From: Acidobacteriaceae bacterium
GTDB taxonomy: Bacteria; Acidobacteriota; Terriglobia; Terriglobales; Acidobacteriaceae
DNA: 64,000 bases
NCBI GenBank assembly: GCA_049693715.1
Contig: JBAVQC010000317.1
Span: forward strand, 6,441 to 70,440
Direction: 5' to 3'
The translations under genes were made by a program, and so were the position numbers. This document shows, in pieces, positions 19,407-28,197 of this stretch. Position 1 is the stretch's first letter, and each line of letters starts with the position of its first letter. The notes under the pieces were generated by a model. It made no database searches. It was not told the DNA's origin and saw only the letters and a list, made by a program, of their open reading frames with translations.

Positions 19407-20030
19407 ATGGCTGCAAAACCGGAATTAGCACCGACCATCACTGCGCAGACGATCAAAGCAGCGCAGGAAGCACTTAACAACGCACCGTCCATGGGCGACG
19501 CGCCGGGAGTCGATAAAATCCGCGAGTTGCTTTTCGGTAATCAGATGCAGGACTACGACCGCCGTTTCTCGGTGATGGAAGAGCGTTTTCTACAAAAGGT
19601 GCGCGATCTGGAAGCAGAATCCTCCCGCGCCGTTCAGAGCGTGGAATCCTCGGTGAAGAAACAGCTGGAATCGCTAGCCAGCCAGATTCGCCAGGAACAG
19701 GATCTTCGCGCCGAGGCAGACAAGGAGTTGGGCCGCGGCCTTCGCGAACAGATCCAGGGATTGGAGAAGCATCTCAGCAAGGTTGCCGACCAACTCGCCA
19801 GCCAGGACCGGGACTTCACCGAGAGATTGGCCCACGAATCGCAAACCTTGCGCGAAGAGAGCCGGCGCCGGACCGACGACACTCGGGCTGCCATAGAGCG
19901 GATGCTTGCTGAGCTGATGAATGTCAAAACCGACCGTAGCCTGCTGGCCGGTCTATTCGTCGAAATTGCCCGATGCCTGAATCAGGACGTGACGGCGAAG
20001 TCGAATGGAGCCGGGGCCCAGCGATCCTGA
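19407..20030 (+). CDS. Coiled-coil protein (first gene of the GTPase module)
   Basis: ATG 19407 is preceded by AAGGGGA; an alternative upstream ATG lies at 19314. The 207-aa product is heptad-rich and charged (..QKVRDLEAESSRAVQSVESSVKKQLESLASQIRQEQDLRAEADKEL..). Confidence 0.6.
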   Translation: MAAKPELAPTITAQTIKAAQEALNNAPSMGDAPGVDKIRELLFGNQMQDYDRRFSVMEERFLQKVRDLEAESSRAVQSVESSVKKQLESLASQIRQEQDLRAEADKELGRGLREQIQGLEKHLSKVADQLASQDRDFTERLAHESQTLREESRRRTDDTRAAIERMLAELMNVKTDRSLLAGLFVEIARCLNQDVTAKSNGAGAQRS

Positions 20031-21948
20031 ACTGAATGGGCCGCACGACACCGGTTTTGAAAGGATTATAGCGATCGGAGACACCGTGATTTCCAGTGTT
20101 TCCCTGCTCGACAGGGACAGTTCGGATCCCCCGTTCTTACAGCCCGATGATGCCCGCTCCAAACGGCTCGCCGTGCTGCTGTTTGAGGTAGCGCGAAGCC
20201 TGGATCGCGATCTGGCGACGGCGCTCCCCAGGCTCGAAGGGGATCCGAAACTGGAGGCGCTGCGCAGCTTGATTCTCGAGCAGGATCGAGCCGCGATCGC
20301 AAAGCTGCAGCAGAAATTTGATGATCCGCGGCAGTTCGCTGAAGCCATCAGCTCCGTGCTGGCCGATGCCTTTGCCCTTGCCGGAGCGAGAGACGATCAA
20401 CTCGCAAAGGTGCTGGCGCCAATCCTGGAGCTGGCGACCCAGGCTTCGATCCGCAAAAATCCAGGCACCTTGGTGGGCATCCTCTACCCCCTCATGGGAT
20501 CGGTGGTCCGTAAATCCATCTCCGAGTCTCTGGACGGTACGCTGCAACGCATGAACCAGGCGTTCAAGCACAGCTTCTCATGGCAGGGATTGCGGTGGCG
20601 GCTGGAGGCGTTGCGCAGCGGAAGCAGCTTCGCCGACGTGGTGCTCAAACACACGGTGCAGTTCCGCGTCGAGCACGTCTTCTTAATTCATCGCAAGACC
20701 GGCCTTCTCATCGAGCACGTGGCGGCGCCGGAGGCGACGGCACAGGATCCTCAGTTGGTGTCCGGCATGCTGTCGGCCATCCAGGACTTCGTGCGCGACT
20801 CGTTCGAGGGAACCAATAAGAGCGGGGGAAGCGGCATCGATACCCTGCGGCTTGGCGACCTGCTGTTATGGTGCGAAGAGGGACCATTCGCGTTCCTGGC
20901 CGCCGTCATTCGGGGCAATCCGCCCGAATCGCTGCATGCGGTACTGCGCGAAACACTGACCAACATTCACGACCAATACCGGAGTTCGCTGGAAGAATTC
21001 CAAGGTGACTCCGCGACTCTGGGGGACTTGGCCACGCCACTGGCACTTGACCTGCAGCAACAGGAACGGCCGCGTGAAACGAAGTTGTCACCCTGGCTAT
21101 GGGGCATACCCCTGGTGTTGTTGCTTCTCGCCGGCGCCTGGGTGATACAGCGGACAATTGTCCGGCATCGTGTCGACGCGTATGTCGAGCGGCTGCGTGA
21201 GGAGCCAGGCATCGTGGTTGCCAGCTCCGAATTGCGCAACGGAAAATGGCAAATCTCCGGCTTGCGTGACCCCCTGGCCGCCGATCCCGCCGTAGTGCTC
21301 TCGCAGTCGGGTTTGGATCCTAAACGTGTCGCCGGTCACTGGGAGTCGTACCAGGCACTGAACCCGGCGATCGTTCTCCGGCGTCTTGCCGCCAGTCTGA
21401 ATCCTCCGCCCTCAGTCTCGTTGTCATTGAAGGGCGACACGGTAGAAGTCAGTGGCAGCGTTCCCCAGTACTGGACCGAGCGGGCCAGAGTGCTGGTCGC
21501 GGCGCTACCTGCGGGTTCTCCCAAAGTCGATTTCAGTGGACTCAAGGATATTCAGGATCCGGAATTTATTCGCCTGCGCGATGCTATCCAGGGGCATGTT
21601 ATTGCGTTCGATTCAAATGCAGACAGGCCTGCGCGGGGGCAGGACGCTACGCTGGATGTTGTTGCCGACGAGTTCCACCAACTGATGCGCGTGACCAGGC
21701 GTCTTGGCTTCACTGCCCGCATGATGATTTCCGGCCATGCGGATGCCATCGGCAACGAAACGGCGAACCTATCCCTAAGCGCGGCTCGAGCCGAGGTCGT
21801 CCGCTCCATGCTCAAAGCGCGGGGCATCGCTCCGGAACTGCTGGCCGTGCGCAGCGCCGGTCCACTCGAACCCATGTCGGCTCCCAACGGCAAACCAACC
21901 GCCGCGATGAATCGGAGAGCGACCTTCACCGTGATTGCCAGCGAGTGA
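20005..21948 (+). CDS. Single-pass membrane protein with a large cytoplasmic region (Roadblock/longin-like segment) and a periplasmic OmpA/MotB-type peptidoglycan-binding domain
   Basis: 647 aa. One TM helix at aa 362-381 (LSPWLWGIPLVLLLLAGAWVI). C-terminal OmpA-like motifs are ISGHADAIGNETANLSLSAARAEVVRSML..NRRATFTV. The start overlaps the upstream gene by 26 nt; an alternative GTG lies at 20086. Confidence 0.8.
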   Translation: MEPGPSDPELNGPHDTGFERIIAIGDTVISSVSLLDRDSSDPPFLQPDDARSKRLAVLLFEVARSLDRDLATALPRLEGDPKLEALRSLILEQDRAAIAKLQQKFDDPRQFAEAISSVLADAFALAGARDDQLAKVLAPILELATQASIRKNPGTLVGILYPLMGSVVRKSISESLDGTLQRMNQAFKHSFSWQGLRWRLEALRSGSSFADVVLKHTVQFRVEHVFLIHRKTGLLIEHVAAPEATAQDPQLVSGMLSAIQDFVRDSFEGTNKSGGSGIDTLRLGDLLLWCEEGPFAFLAAVIRGNPPESLHAVLRETLTNIHDQYRSSLEEFQGDSATLGDLATPLALDLQQQERPRETKLSPWLWGIPLVLLLLAGAWVIQRTIVRHRVDAYVERLREEPGIVVASSELRNGKWQISGLRDPLAADPAVVLSQSGLDPKRVAGHWESYQALNPAIVLRRLAASLNPPPSVSLSLKGDTVEVSGSVPQYWTERARVLVAALPAGSPKVDFSGLKDIQDPEFIRLRDAIQGHVIAFDSNADRPARGQDATLDVVADEFHQLMRVTRRLGFTARMMISGHADAIGNETANLSLSAARAEVVRSMLKARGIAPELLAVRSAGPLEPMSAPNGKPTAAMNRRATFTVIASE

Positions 21949-21955
21949 GATCTTA

Positions 21956-22450
21956 ATGCTTCAGAAGAAAGTTTGTCTGTTAGGGGGCTTCGGAGTCGGT
22001 AAGACCAGCCTGGTTCGGCGCTATGTTCAAAGCATCTTTTCGGACGCATACTTAACCACCGTCGGGGTCAAGATCGAGAAGAGGATGGTGAACGTCGGCG
22101 CCGCAGAGGTCGCTCTTATTCTCTGGGATATTGCGGGCGAGGACGACATAACTGGAATACGTATGAGCTATCTTCGGGGCGCTGCGGGATATCTCCTGGT
22201 CGTCGATGTTACGCGGGGGGAAACCCTCGAAGTCGCCAAGTCGATACAGGCTCGGGTAACTTCGGAAATAGGTTCGGTTCCGTTTCTGTTCCTTTTCAAC
22301 AAGTCGGATCTGAAGGAGAACTGGGACATCCCGGAACAGTCCGCCGAAGACTTGACGGAAGCGGGACACGTAGTTCTCCGGACCAGCGCCAAGACCGGCG
22401 AAGGCGTCGAAGAAGCATTTCAGGTACTAGCGAAGCGCATGGTGTCGTGA
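21956..22450 (+). CDS. Ras-superfamily (Rab-like) small GTPase
   Basis: 164 aa from ATG 21956, which puts the P-loop at the canonical position. Motifs: G1 GGFGVGKT, switch I YLTTVGV, G3 WDIAGED, G4 NKSD, G5 TSAK. There is no C-terminal Cys. Confidence 0.85.
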   Translation: MLQKKVCLLGGFGVGKTSLVRRYVQSIFSDAYLTTVGVKIEKRMVNVGAAEVALILWDIAGEDDITGIRMSYLRGAAGYLLVVDVTRGETLEVAKSIQARVTSEIGSVPFLFLFNKSDLKENWDIPEQSAEDLTEAGHVVLRTSAKTGEGVEEAFQVLAKRMVS

Positions 22451-22454
22451 CCAG

Positions 22455-23669
22455 ATGCTGAATATTTCGGACCGCATTTCAGAATGGCTCCTGCTCCTGG
22501 TTAAGTCCCAGCGTTCCATAGCCCATCTTCTCATCGACAAGGAAATGATCCTGATCAAGGCAGGCGGAGATCTGGGGTACTACGGACTGGCTGATCTAAA
22601 GCACCTGCATTCCGCCTCCGATCAATTGCCATTCCTGGAAGGTCTGCTGCCCTTGGCGGAAACACCTTTTGTTTTACAGTCCGTGGGCATGCCTGGCGGA
22701 AGTGTGGCGGACGTTCATCTTTTTGCCGAAGAAGATATGACGTGGGTCGTGCTCCTCGACGTGACCGCGGAACATGACCATACCAGGAAAGTTCAGCAGA
22801 AGGCGTACGACATGACGCTGTTGAGCCAGCGCGAGGCACGCCTCATTGCAAAGCTCGAGGCCGCGCACAAGGAGCTGACGGCGGCTCACCGCGACCTGGC
22901 CGAATCCCGTGATGAGCTTCTACGGACCCACAACCGGCTGCGGCAGGAATTGCACGATGCCGAGCGCTATGTTCTTGCCATCTTGCCGGAGCCCGTCGCG
23001 GAGCCGGTCGCAGTTGACTGGCTCTTCGTTCCTTCCACGGAGCTTGGAGGAGATTCCTTCGGTTATCACTGGATCGATGCTGAGCACTTTGCCCTTTACC
23101 TGCTCGACGTCTGCGGACACGGTGTCGGTTCGGCGTTGCTGTCGATCACGGCGGCGAATGCGCTCCGGTCCGGCGCCTTGCAGAACACCGATTTCCGTAT
23201 GCCTGAAGCAGTGCTGGACTCGTTGAATCGGGCTTTCCAGATGGAAAATCAAAACGGTCTCTATTTCACCATGTGGTACGGCGTCTACCATCGGCCTACA
23301 GGAAGGCTGCGCTATGCAAGCGCCGGGCATCCACCACCCATTCTGGTGAGCGGCCGAGGAGAACAGCGCGGCGAAGCGAAGGCGCTGCCGGGCTTTGGTT
23401 GTCCTGTGGGTATTTTGCCCGACGCCGAGTACGAGAGCCAGGAGTGTACTCTGGCGGGCCCTGCGCGCCTGTTCCTCTTCAGCGACGGCGTTTACGAAAT
23501 CATGCGGCCGGACGGGGAGATGCTGGAATTCGAAGCTTTCGAAGAAGTCCTCACCCGCGCAGTTCCGGAAGGCGCAAGGGAAGTGGAAGAACTCCTCCGT
23601 TTCGTTCGAGACTTCGGCGGCTCGGAAGAACTGGATGATGATTTTTCAATCGTCAAGATGACCATCTAG
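22455..23669 (+). CDS. SpoIIE/PP2C-type serine phosphatase with unassigned N-terminal domain and coiled-coil linker
   Basis: 404 aa. SpoIIE motifs are LGGDSFGY, LLDVCGHGVGSALL, SAGHPPP, FSDGVYE and DDDFSIV. The start lies 4 nt after the GTPase stop codon. Confidence 0.85.
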   Translation: MLNISDRISEWLLLLVKSQRSIAHLLIDKEMILIKAGGDLGYYGLADLKHLHSASDQLPFLEGLLPLAETPFVLQSVGMPGGSVADVHLFAEEDMTWVVLLDVTAEHDHTRKVQQKAYDMTLLSQREARLIAKLEAAHKELTAAHRDLAESRDELLRTHNRLRQELHDAERYVLAILPEPVAEPVAVDWLFVPSTELGGDSFGYHWIDAEHFALYLLDVCGHGVGSALLSITAANALRSGALQNTDFRMPEAVLDSLNRAFQMENQNGLYFTMWYGVYHRPTGRLRYASAGHPPPILVSGRGEQRGEAKALPGFGCPVGILPDAEYESQECTLAGPARLFLFSDGVYEIMRPDGEMLEFEAFEEVLTRAVPEGAREVEELLRFVRDFGGSEELDDDFSIVKMTI

Positions 23670-23943
23670 CCGGCGCGGTACCCTCATCGCGGGGAAATGC
23701 GCAACAGTGAGTGAGAACGATCATCTCAAAATCGAGTCCCTGCGGAACTCGTTTTGCAATCCGAAGGCTCTCACACGCTCTTTAGCCCCTATTCGTACTA
23801 CAAGCCCTCCGTCGGGCGATTTCCCCCGCCCCAGCGATCCAGTTACCCGTCGCAGCAACGGGAAACGCTATAATCCAAAGAATCGACAGATTCAATGGCC
23901 AAGCGGCAGACCTTCCGCGCTGGCATAGGCGATCGAAAGTCTC

Positions 23944-24798
23944 ATGAGCGAACAGGCAGGAAATCTTGAGCAAACCCAGGTAGTCGCCGAACCGACGAAT
24001 CCAGCGTGGATTAAGACTGAACTGGCGCGTCACCCACAGCGGCCCTACCCCATGGATTTCATCCAACGCATCTTTACCGACTTTTCGGAGATCCACGGTG
24101 ACCGCGCCTTCGGCGACGACCTCGCGATGGCTTGCGGTATGGCCCGCTTCCATGGCGAAGAAGTCATGGCCATCGGCAACCTGAAAGGGCGGGGAACCAA
24201 GGAAAAGGTACGCCGCAATTTCGGCATGCCCAATCCGGAAGGCTATCGTAAAGCACTGCGGGCCATGAAAATCGCTGAAAAATTCAATCGGCCCGTATTT
24301 ACCTTCATCGATCTCACCGGCGCCAATCCGGGCATCGCCGCCGAGGAACGCGGCCAGGCAGAGGCCATCGCGCGCAATCTGCGCGAAATGGCTCGCTTAC
24401 GCGTGCCCACCATCGCCACCATTACCGGCGAAGGTGGTTCGGGCGGCGCCTTGGCGTTGGCTGTCGCCGATCGCGTCCTCATGATGGAAAATGCCGTCTA
24501 CTCCGTCATTGCGCCGGAAGCTTGCGGTTCCATTATGTGGCGCGATGCCGGCAAACGCGCCCAAGCCGCGGCTGCCCTGAAAATCACGTCCGAAGATGTA
24601 AGCCGTTTGGGTTGCGTGGACGATGTGGTACGGGAACCCTCCGGGGGAGCTCAGGACGATCCGGTGGCGGCGGCCACCATGCTCGACGAGAAACTTGCCT
24701 GGCATCTCAATGAATTAAAAGCCATGACGGTCGAGGATCGCGTCGCGCGCCGCCTGGCTAAGTTCCGGGAAATTGCCCGGTTCTATATCAACGCCTGA
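23944..24798 (+). CDS. accA: Acetyl-CoA carboxylase carboxyltransferase subunit alpha
   Basis: 284 aa with strongly AccA-like blocks (ARHPQRPY, FIDLTGANPGIAAEERGQAEAIARNL, TGEGGSGGALA). Confidence 0.95.
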   Translation: MSEQAGNLEQTQVVAEPTNPAWIKTELARHPQRPYPMDFIQRIFTDFSEIHGDRAFGDDLAMACGMARFHGEEVMAIGNLKGRGTKEKVRRNFGMPNPEGYRKALRAMKIAEKFNRPVFTFIDLTGANPGIAAEERGQAEAIARNLREMARLRVPTIATITGEGGSGGALALAVADRVLMMENAVYSVIAPEACGSIMWRDAGKRAQAAAALKITSEDVSRLGCVDDVVREPSGGAQDDPVAAATMLDEKLAWHLNELKAMTVEDRVARRLAKFREIARFYINA

Positions 24799-24819
24799 AA
24801 CATCTATGCCGACAGGGGC

Positions 24820-25848
24820 ATGCGCTTGACCCAATTCACAGCCGCCGATCGAGTGCGTGCCTTCGGCCACGTCATCATCGCCGGAATTTACTTCTACATC
24901 GCCCAGAGCATCTCGGTCCATGCAGCCAACGGCTTGGCGAGCGGCGCGTGGGTTCCCCTCGTCGATCGCAGCATCTTGCTCTTTCTTCTGGTGGTGGGCT
25001 TCGCCGCCATGGGCCGGGTATTCAATCGCCAGCGCGAGCCCATCCGTGCCATGGGTCTGGTCGTCCGTCCAGGATGGAAACGCGAGTTTGGCCTGGGCGC
25101 CGCGTTGGGCTGGGGGATGTTGCTGGTCAGCATTCTGCCCCTGGTTCTTAGCGGCGGACTCATCATTACCTTCTGGACCATTCCCCGCCAGTTCGGGATT
25201 CTCCTCATTGATCTGCTGATCCTAGCCGTGGCTGCCCTGGCGGAAGAAGTCGCCTTCCGCGGATACCCCTTCCAGCGCCTGATCGATGCCATGGGACCGA
25301 CGATGGCGACCATCGTTTTATCTTTCGTCTTTGCCGGCGTGCACATGTTTAATCCCTCGGCCAGCCGCGCCAGCTTCATAGTCACTGTCTTCAGCAGCTG
25401 GCTGTTGTCGGTAGCGTATCTCCGCACCCGGGCGCTCTGGGTCTGCTGGGGCTGGCATTTTGCCTGGAACGCCAGCATGTGTCTGCTGTTTGGATTACCG
25501 GTGAGTGGCATCACGCAGTTTTCCCCGGTCATTCAAAGCAATACGGTTGGCCCCCTATGGATGACCGGCGGCGACTACGGACCCGAGGCGAGCACGGTAA
25601 CCGCGATCGTTCTACTGATCGGCCTGTTCGTCGTCTATCGCGCCACCCGTAACCTGGCTTATCTTTATACGCAACCGGTCATTGTGGCCGCCGGCCTCCC
25701 GGTTGACCTTGACGCCATGAGCAGCACGCTGGCTCCGCATCATCCGGTCGCTTCCCAATCCTTGCCGGCGGGGCAAACGCTGGTGCAAATCGAAGCCGCT
25801 CCCGGGCCGCCGCCACCTCGAACCCAACCTCCAGAGCCGCCCGAATGA
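24820..25848 (+). CDS. CPBP family intramembrane glutamic endopeptidase (CAAX protease/Abi-like)
   Basis: Polytopic membrane protein with EEVAFRGY (EExxxR) and downstream FAGVH / HFAWN motifs. Confidence 0.8.
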   Translation: MRLTQFTAADRVRAFGHVIIAGIYFYIAQSISVHAANGLASGAWVPLVDRSILLFLLVVGFAAMGRVFNRQREPIRAMGLVVRPGWKREFGLGAALGWGMLLVSILPLVLSGGLIITFWTIPRQFGILLIDLLILAVAALAEEVAFRGYPFQRLIDAMGPTMATIVLSFVFAGVHMFNPSASRASFIVTVFSSWLLSVAYLRTRALWVCWGWHFAWNASMCLLFGLPVSGITQFSPVIQSNTVGPLWMTGGDYGPEASTVTAIVLLIGLFVVYRATRNLAYLYTQPVIVAAGLPVDLDAMSSTLAPHHPVASQSLPAGQTLVQIEAAPGPPPPRTQPPEPPE

Positions 25849-25982
25849 ACAGATCCACTTGAATAAAGGCTGTTTCCGCGCGCCCGATTTGCTGCCCTCA
25901 AACTTCCTTCCCATGGCGCACGAAACGTTACTTGCAAATCACCTGCAAAAGGGCCCATTATTGGCGTGATGAGGGAATTGCC

Positions 25983-27143
25983 ATGGTCGGGCTTACCACC
26001 AAAGAATTCTTCCCCGCCGCTGCTTTCCTGGCAGTCACTGCGATCTGCAGTTGCACTCTAGGCCATGCACAAGTGTTCACCGTGCAACGGGAACACCTCG
26101 GTCCAAAAGAGGCGAACCTCACCTCCGTTCAACCCACGACGGTCGCGCTGGATACCAAGCCGCTGAAAGAGCGGACAAAGCAGCAGCTCATTCGCACCTT
26201 CCAGGCAGACGAAGCCTTCGCTGTCCGGCCTCTTCCCCTGGGCACAAAAGGCATCGTGCTCCATGCCAACGGGCAGCTGACGCCTTCAGGAAGTGGCTAT
26301 GCCGAGGAATTGGAGAAGTACGGTGTTTCCGCGAAACCCGGTGACCGGGTAGTCATCACCAAATTCGAGGTGAAGCCGGACCGGATCGTGTTCGAGTTTA
26401 ACGACGGACCGGAGAAGCATCATCACTTCCTGCAACATATCGAAGTGGGAGCCGGGGGCGGGGTGGCGCCGCTGGCTCAGGATGACGGCCATGTTCCCGT
26501 GGGCGCCCGCATGCAGCTGGTCTTCACCAAGTTTGTCCCCGAGATCACGGCTTCCGATGTGCGCAAGCTGATCGCTCCCATGATCGACTTTTCGCTCAAG
26601 ACACCGGTCGAAGCCTTCGCCGATACCTTGCCTCCGAAACTAAAAGCGTCAGTGCTGAACCACGAAGTACTGGTCGGCATGAATCGCGAGATGGTGCTTA
26701 AAGCCGTAGGCCAGCCCGATCAGAAAGTGCGCGAACTGGATGGGCAGACTCCTTTCGAGGAATGGATCTATGGTCAGCCACCTCATGAAGTCCAGTTTGT
26801 TCGCTTCAATGGCAATCGTGTGATCCGGTTGGAGATTGCCGATGTAGGCCAGCCGCCCGTGATTCGTGACAAGGATGAAACGGACGGCTATTTCGCCGGG
26901 CAATTCGTCCGCCAGGTTCGTTTGGGCGATGCGCCCCCCACTGCCCCTAATCAGGAGCACGGTCCGACCGCTGCCCCCTCATTGCGTCAACCAGGGGAAG
27001 CGGCGCCGGATGCCGTCGACAAGGATCACCAGTTGAAGCCGGTGCAGTTCCCGGATGATGAGAAGCCGAAGCCGATTCCGCCCCCGCCCGGTTCCGCTCC
27101 CTCGCAATTGCTGAACGTGTCCGATGCCCGTGGAGTGAACTAG
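25983..27143 (+). CDS. Secreted hypothetical protein with BamE/SmpA_OmlA-like segment and Pro-rich tail
   Basis: Start taken at ATG 25983 (MVGLTTKEFFPAAAFLAVTAICSC.., a signal-like segment). The segment VLVGMNREMVLKAVGQPD..EEWIYGQ..VQFVRFNGNRVIRLE resembles BamE-type domains. The function is not otherwise recognisable. Confidence 0.5.
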   Translation: MVGLTTKEFFPAAAFLAVTAICSCTLGHAQVFTVQREHLGPKEANLTSVQPTTVALDTKPLKERTKQQLIRTFQADEAFAVRPLPLGTKGIVLHANGQLTPSGSGYAEELEKYGVSAKPGDRVVITKFEVKPDRIVFEFNDGPEKHHHFLQHIEVGAGGGVAPLAQDDGHVPVGARMQLVFTKFVPEITASDVRKLIAPMIDFSLKTPVEAFADTLPPKLKASVLNHEVLVGMNREMVLKAVGQPDQKVRELDGQTPFEEWIYGQPPHEVQFVRFNGNRVIRLEIADVGQPPVIRDKDETDGYFAGQFVRQVRLGDAPPTAPNQEHGPTAAPSLRQPGEAAPDAVDKDHQLKPVQFPDDEKPKPIPPPPGSAPSQLLNVSDARGVN

Positions 27144-27262
27144 AGCGACAAATCGTATAAAATAATTGATTAGCAGCGCCTTCTGTTTCGCCCCAGACGA
27201 AACCCCGTGTAGGCCAGAGGTTTAGGCGGAAGTGCGAGCCTGTTAGAGGAGAGTTTAAGACC

Positions 27263-27442
27263 ATGGCAAAAATAGCCAAGACCGCCGACCGTTCCAAAAT
27301 GATGGACACGACCAAGGGTGTTGAATGTCCCAAATGCACTAAGGCAACGCGCATTGTCAAACGGGTAAAGGATCGGGAGCGCGGAGTTCCCGGAGGGGTT
27401 TACATTTCCTGTTCAGTTTGCGATTTCTACGAGAAGCTCTAA
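27263..27442 (+). CDS. 59-aa zinc-ribbon protein (below the ORF-track length cutoff)
   Basis: ATG 27263 is preceded by GAGGAGAG. The translation is MAKIAKTADRSKMMDTTKGVECPKCTKATRIVKRVKDRERGVPGGVYISCSVCDFYEKL, with CxxC...CxxC. The stop at 27440-27442 overlaps the pyrF stop on the other strand. Confidence 0.5.
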   Translation: MAKIAKTADRSKMMDTTKGVECPKCTKATRIVKRVKDRERGVPGGVYISCSVCDFYEKL

Positions 27443-28197
27443 GCCGAACCGATTCCAATTCCTGATCGCATTTCCTCGAAGATAGCTCTTGCGGCAGCTT
27501 CCGGGTCTTCCGCTCGGGTAATCGGACGCCCTACCACCAGGTAACTTGCTCCGGATGCGATCGCGGCGGCTGGCGTGGCCACCCTCCGCTGGTCGCCGAT
27601 GTCCACCCCTTCGGGGCGAATCCCCGGGACCACCAGCAAGGGTTCGCTGCCCAACCGATTCCGCAAGCTCGCCACCTCGTTCGGGGAGCAGACGAATCCG
27701 CCAACCCCACAGGCCAGGGCCAGGGCGGCCAGCCGGTCGACTTGCGCCGCCGGAGTTCCGGCCACGCCAGTTGCTTCCATCTGATCGGCATCCAAGCTGG
27801 TCAAAACAGTCACCGCGAGCAGGGTGAGTCGTGACTCCGCCGCAGCGACAGCAGCGGTGAGCATTTCCGGTCCACCCGCGGCGTGTACCGTCAGCATATC
27901 CACACCAAGATGGGTTGCGGCCCGGACGGCCGAGGCCACCGTGTTGGGAATGTCGTGCAGCTTCAGGTCAAGGAATATCGAATACCCACGCCGCTTCAAC
28001 TCCGCGACCAGGGAATTTCCCTCAGCAATATAAAGCTCGAGGCCAACTTTCAGCCAGCGCGTGGCGCCTTGTAACCGATCCACCAGGGCGAGCGCCGCTC
28101 TGGTGTCCGGGAAATCCAGCGCAACAATCAGCCGATCCGACGGAAGACGATCAGTCGGGGCCCTATGCAACCCGTCTCTGATCATCTCCGGAATCAT
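27439..28197 (-). CDS. pyrF: Orotidine 5'-phosphate decarboxylase
   Basis: It has the FLDLKLHDIPNTV motif and an overall PyrF pattern. There is a 4-nt ATGA-type overlap with the upstream rlpA-like gene. Confidence 0.9.
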   Translation of the reverse strand: MIPEMIRDGLHRAPTDRLPSDRLIVALDFPDTRAALALVDRLQGATRWLKVGLELYIAEGNSLVAELKRRGYSIFLDLKLHDIPNTVASAVRAATHLGVDMLTVHAAGGPEMLTAAVAAAESRLTLLAVTVLTSLDADQMEATGVAGTPAAQVDRLAALALACGVGGFVCSPNEVASLRNRLGSEPLLVVPGIRPEGVDIGDQRRVATPAAAIASGASYLVVGRPITRAEDPEAAARAIFEEMRSGIGIGSA

